Source: Octopus bimaculoides
Taxonomy: Eukaryota
Reading direction: 5' to 3'
NCBI RefSeq assembly: GCF_001194135.2
Contig: NC_069002.1
Location: 18,693,133 to 18,747,261, forward strand
Length of the DNA stretch: 54,129 nucleotides
A program made the translations under genes and the position numbers. A model generated the notes under the pieces. That model was not told where the DNA came from. It did no database searches and saw only the letters and a program-made list of their open reading frames with translations. Below are positions 49,725-54,129 of the stretch, piece by piece; position 1 is the first letter of the stretch; each line of letters begins with the position of its first letter.

Positions 49725-52556
49725 NNNNNNNNNNNNNNNNNNNNNNNNNNNNNNNNNNNNNNNNNNNNNNNNNNNNNNNNNNNNNNNNNNNNNNNNNNNN
49801 NNNNNNNNNNNNNNNNNNNNNNNNNNNNNNNNNNNNNNNNNNNNNNNNNNNNNNNNNNNNNNNNNNNNNNNNNNNNNNNNNNNNNNNNNNNNNNNNNNNN
49901 NNNNNNNNNNNNNNNNNNNNNNNNNNNNNNNNNNNNNNNNNNNNNNNNNNNNNNNNNNNNNNNNNNNNNNNNNNNNNNNNNNNNNNNNNNNNNNNNNNNN
50001 NNNNNNNNNNNNNNNNNNNNNNNNNNNNNNNNNNNNNNNNNNNNNNNNNNNNNNNNNNNNNNNNNNNNNNNNNNNNNNNNNNNNNNNNNNNNNNNNNNNN
50101 NNNNNNNNNNNNNNNNNNNNNNNNNNNNNNNNNNNNNNNNNNNNNNNNNNNNNNNNNNNNNNNNNNNNNNNNNNNNNNNNNNNNNNNNNNNNNNNNNNNN
50201 NNNNNNNNNNNNNNNNNNNNNNNNNNNNNNNNNNNNNNNNNNNNNNNNNNNNNNNNNNNNNNNNNNNNNNNNNNNNNNNNNNNNNNNNNNNNNNNNNNNN
50301 NNNNNNNNNNNNNNNNNNNNNNNNNNNNNNNNNNNNNNNNNNNNNNNNNNNNNNNNNNNNNNNNNNNNNNNNNNNNNNNNNNNNNNNNNNNNNNNNNNNN
50401 NNNNNNNNNNNNNNNNNNNNNNNNNNNNNNNNNNNNNNNNNNNNNNNNNNNNNNNNNNNNNNNNNNNNNNNNNNNNNNNNNNNNNNNNNNNNNNNNNNNN
50501 NNNNNNNNNNNNNNNNNNNNNNNNNNNNNNNNNNNNNNNNNNNNNNNNNNNNNNNNNNNNNNNNNNNNNNNNNNNNNNNNNNNNNNNNNNNNNNNNNNNN
50601 NNNNNNNNNNNNNNNNNNNNNNNNNNNNNNNNNNNNNNNNNNNNNNNNNNNNNNNNNNNNNNNNNNNNNNNTATATATATATACTTTTACGATATTGAGG
50701 TCAGACTAAGTTGAAGTCAGACTAAATAATGTTCTAAAAGCAAGTCTACTCAGTGTTGTTGGTTTGACATGAGAACAATAAATATTCGGTGTTCCACATC
50801 AGTCTTAACTCGACCAACTTTTAATCGTTTCAAATTTTGTCACAGGGCCAACAATACCGAGGGAGAAGCGGTGGGGAGTAAGTCGATTACATATTGAGCA
50901 TGGGTCGAAGGAGACTTGACTGCTATTCCTAGCATGTTGACTGATTAAATAGAAGTTGTCCTATTTGATTAACCTTTGTTATTGTGATTTTGCAACATCG
51001 GCGCTTAATGATCATATCACATATTAACCGCGCTCCAGTTGAGACCATCCTGTATGAGTGACTCGTGTCCATTGTTGCAAGTTCAACAACCACAAAGAAT
51101 TTCATCAGTTATCTCGACAGAATCTCCTCCTGTTGTTTATCGTCTATTTAACTTTCTCTCATCACATCAAAATGCTTACAGCACGGATTCTGTGTTTGAA
51201 ATGTTTTTCTGTAAACAAAACAGGTCATAATGACTCACCGCCCCCCCCCTTCAATTAAACGGACGAATATTTATAAATTGCGGTTTTTCGAATGTCAGAT
51301 TTGAATTATTGACTGCATTATAAAAAGAATTGGTGTTAGGCCAATTGTGGAAATTATTTTCTACTTTTGAGAATTCTCATTAAAGCTGTGATAAAGCTGC
51401 CACGTTGCTGATTCTAAAAAGATGCGCAGTTACCCTCCAATGTGCCCCAACTTACTGTTGCACCGCTACTCATTCGTGTACTGCAAGGTTTATCTGGCTA
51501 CTCAGCAGATTTTGAAACATAATCGAAGTTTTAAGAAGTCAGTAAGTGAGCATTTTGAAAAATATGTTTTACAGAATTTCAACACAATTACAACTAACAC
51601 AATTTTAATTAACAAAACACAGTAAGCTTTTAAATTCGATTTTAAAAAGTCTTCCATGGAGGTGGTGCCCCCAATTCTTCATTTGGTCTTCAATGTTCGA
51701 GGAAGTGAAACAGATTTAAACTCTCTACTCGGCACTAGAAAGAGCAGAAAATCTCCCTCGAAATGGACAGACTGGAAAATGAAGGAAACGATTTACAGAA
51801 AAATGTGATGATCACGACTGAAACGCATTTGACCAATGATCTGCTCGATAAGAACTTGGGTTCTCAGAAACACCAACAATGACGGCGGGAACAACAAAAA
51901 CAACAACAAAGGAAAAGAAAATGACAGTTGCGGGGGCGAGGTATTGGTTAACAATATATGTTTGGTGGTTTTAGGCAATTTGACCGCAAATATCAGGAAG
52001 ACTGGATCCTTGCGGAAGAAAAATGACTTATAAAAGAAAGAATGCAATGATAAAAGCTTCATTTATATTTATTTCTTGAACAAAGGACTATTTAGCTAAA
52101 CCTATCATTGGATCCATTCATATAACTTCTGTCGGTGCCAAGAAGGAAGTCTCCAAGTCGAACCTTGTCTTGCTATATATAGAAAATCAAATATCTTGTA
52201 AATTACAAACTCGTGTCTTACAAAACAACTATTTGACAATGCGGTGCCTGATATACAAAACTAAAGAGGAAAACATGATCAAGCAACTTTGGTAGTAAAT
52301 CTAGTGGGTTTTAGGGCTCATCTGGAGTTACAGATTTACTATAATATGTTGGGTTCTACTAAATGTTTCCAGTGGAAATTTCTATTTTGAATTTTTGAAT
52401 CCACGTCGAATTTTATGGAGGCCACTGCAGACCACTACGATGAGAGGAGACAATTACGATCGCTACAGAAAATACAGAGCACATTGCTAACTGCACTAAA
52501 GAAAGACCAGAATATGGTGTCCACTCCATTGAAGAGAGACCAGTAAATCAATGATA

Positions 52557-52734
52557 GTGAAGAGAGGCCACTGTGTTGTGAAGAGAGGCCACTGTGTTGT
52601 GAAGAGAGGCCAGTGTTGTGAAGAGAGGCCACTGTGTTGTGAAGAGAGGCCACTGTGTTGTGAAGAGAGGCCACTGTGTTGTGAAGAGAGGCCACTGTGT
52701 TGCGAAGAGAGGCCACTGTGTTGCGAAGAGAGGC
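52557..52734. repeat. 21-bp tandem minisatellite, about 8.6 copies
   Basis: Unit gtgaagagaggccactgtgtt; third unit is 19 bp; units 8-9 start gcg. Confidence 0.95.
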
Positions 52735-53191
52735 TAGTTGATACGCTACAGAGGCTACAATGACCAGTACATTAAAGAGTTCCACTATCTTCTCTAATAC
52801 GATAAATATAGACCAGAGAGTGTGATAGAGTAGGAAGAGAGAACGAGTGAAAGGGAGAGAGAGGGAGAGAGAAAGAGAGAGAGAGAGAATAAGAGAGCGA
52901 GAGAGAATGAGAGAGAATGAGAGAGAGAGAGAGAGAGCATTACAAACACTCCCTTAACTGTGTTTGTGAAATGACTATCACATTATGTTCCATCGCCAGG
53001 CTGTTGTTAAGGACATCTCTGTCAAAGTAGGTGTAGCTAAAGAGACTCTGGAAGGATCTTGGAAAGGAAAATTATAGTGGGGAGAATAATAACATGTTAC
53101 AGAATACAGGGGGCGGGGGCTCACACCAAACACAGCAATACAACACACACGCATACACGCATGAGCACACACGCACACAGACACAGACACA

Positions 53192-53228
<37 letters not shown>

Positions 53229-53840
53229 TCATGCAGGCATTATTTTGTGGTATAAGTAGGGATATGCTCAATACACATTATATATGTACGAGTGTGTGGG
53301 TGTTTGTTTATACGTAAATACATGTATATACACATACACACGCAAACACCTACATACGTTCCTCAGCCCAATATCTTTCATACCATTTTTATTCCCTTCT
53401 TCTTCTTCTTCTTCCCGCCTCCTTTATTTTCTCCAAGCTTTCTTCCTTTCTATCGTTCCTTTTCTCGTTTCTAATTTTACTACAAATCTTTTTGTTGTTC
53501 GTATTTCACCAATATAATTTCCTTTCTTTAATTTTTGTTTTACTTTTTTTTTTAGTTTTCTTTCTTTTTTTCTTTCTCTTTCTTCTCTCCTTCAACTTCT
53601 ATATTTATAGAATCCAATTGGTCCCACTTTCTCTATTTTGTCTGTCTGTCGGTCTCTTACCCTCTCTTACTTCTGTCTGTCAGTCTCCCCTTTTCGCACA
53701 CATCCCCCCCCCTCTCTCTCGTTTCCTCAGTCATAATTTTTTCCAATTCAATTTTCTGTTACCTTTTGTTTTCGTATTCTTTTATCTGATTTGTCATCCG
53801 TCCATCAATCAATCAATCAGTCCATCACTCAATCACACAT

Positions 53841-53841
<1 letters not shown>

Positions 53842-53924
<83 letters not shown>

Positions 53925-53982
53925 CCTACCTACCTATCTATCCATCTATCTATCTATCTATCTATTTATCTATCTATCTATC
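53842..53982. repeat. (ATCT)n microsatellite
   Basis: Direct reading; another (ATCT)n lies at about 21225-21315. Confidence 0.95.
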
Positions 53983-54129
53983 ATCATGGACGGACGGTAG
54001 ACACATCGGCTCCCATGTAAGTTGCATTTTTCACCTCTTAAAAGACCTATTTTGTTTTAAAATTTTGTATAAGTTGTGTATAACACAAAATACTTCGTGA
54101 ACATATATTTTTCAAATCGGAAATAGCTC

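Noticed and set aside
49276-50714. Longest ORFs in the track (477, 413, 383 aa)
   Set aside because: About 950 nt of N plus degenerate (CA)n; artefacts. The same applies to ORFs over gaps at 840-1197, 22355-22693, 25339-26018 and 32949-33170.
52557-52734. 21-bp array as CRISPR
   Set aside because: Head-to-tail repeats with no unique spacers, no cas genes, eukaryotic context.

Overview
AT-rich, microsatellite-saturated animal genomic DNA with about 12 N-gaps. The SINE/LINE repertoire suggests a coleoid cephalopod, probably Octopus (inference, not a database result). There is one clear host gene: an intact, intronless type II PKA regulatory subunit (6496-7614, minus) with Ser instead of the usual Ala after the invariant Arg in both phosphate-binding cassettes. 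The rest is mostly a stack of decayed mobile elements: four R4/Dong-like RLE LINE pieces, two composite Tx1/L1-like LINEs plus fragments, an RTE LINE and RTE tails, two Penelope-like elements, several tRNA-derived SINE families and a hAT-type MITE. Seven short hammerhead-ribozyme-like motifs in at least three structural variants are dispersed through the window. Nearly all other entries in the ORF track are microsatellite or N-gap artefacts. Element boundaries are read by eye and are approximate; nothing was computed or searched.
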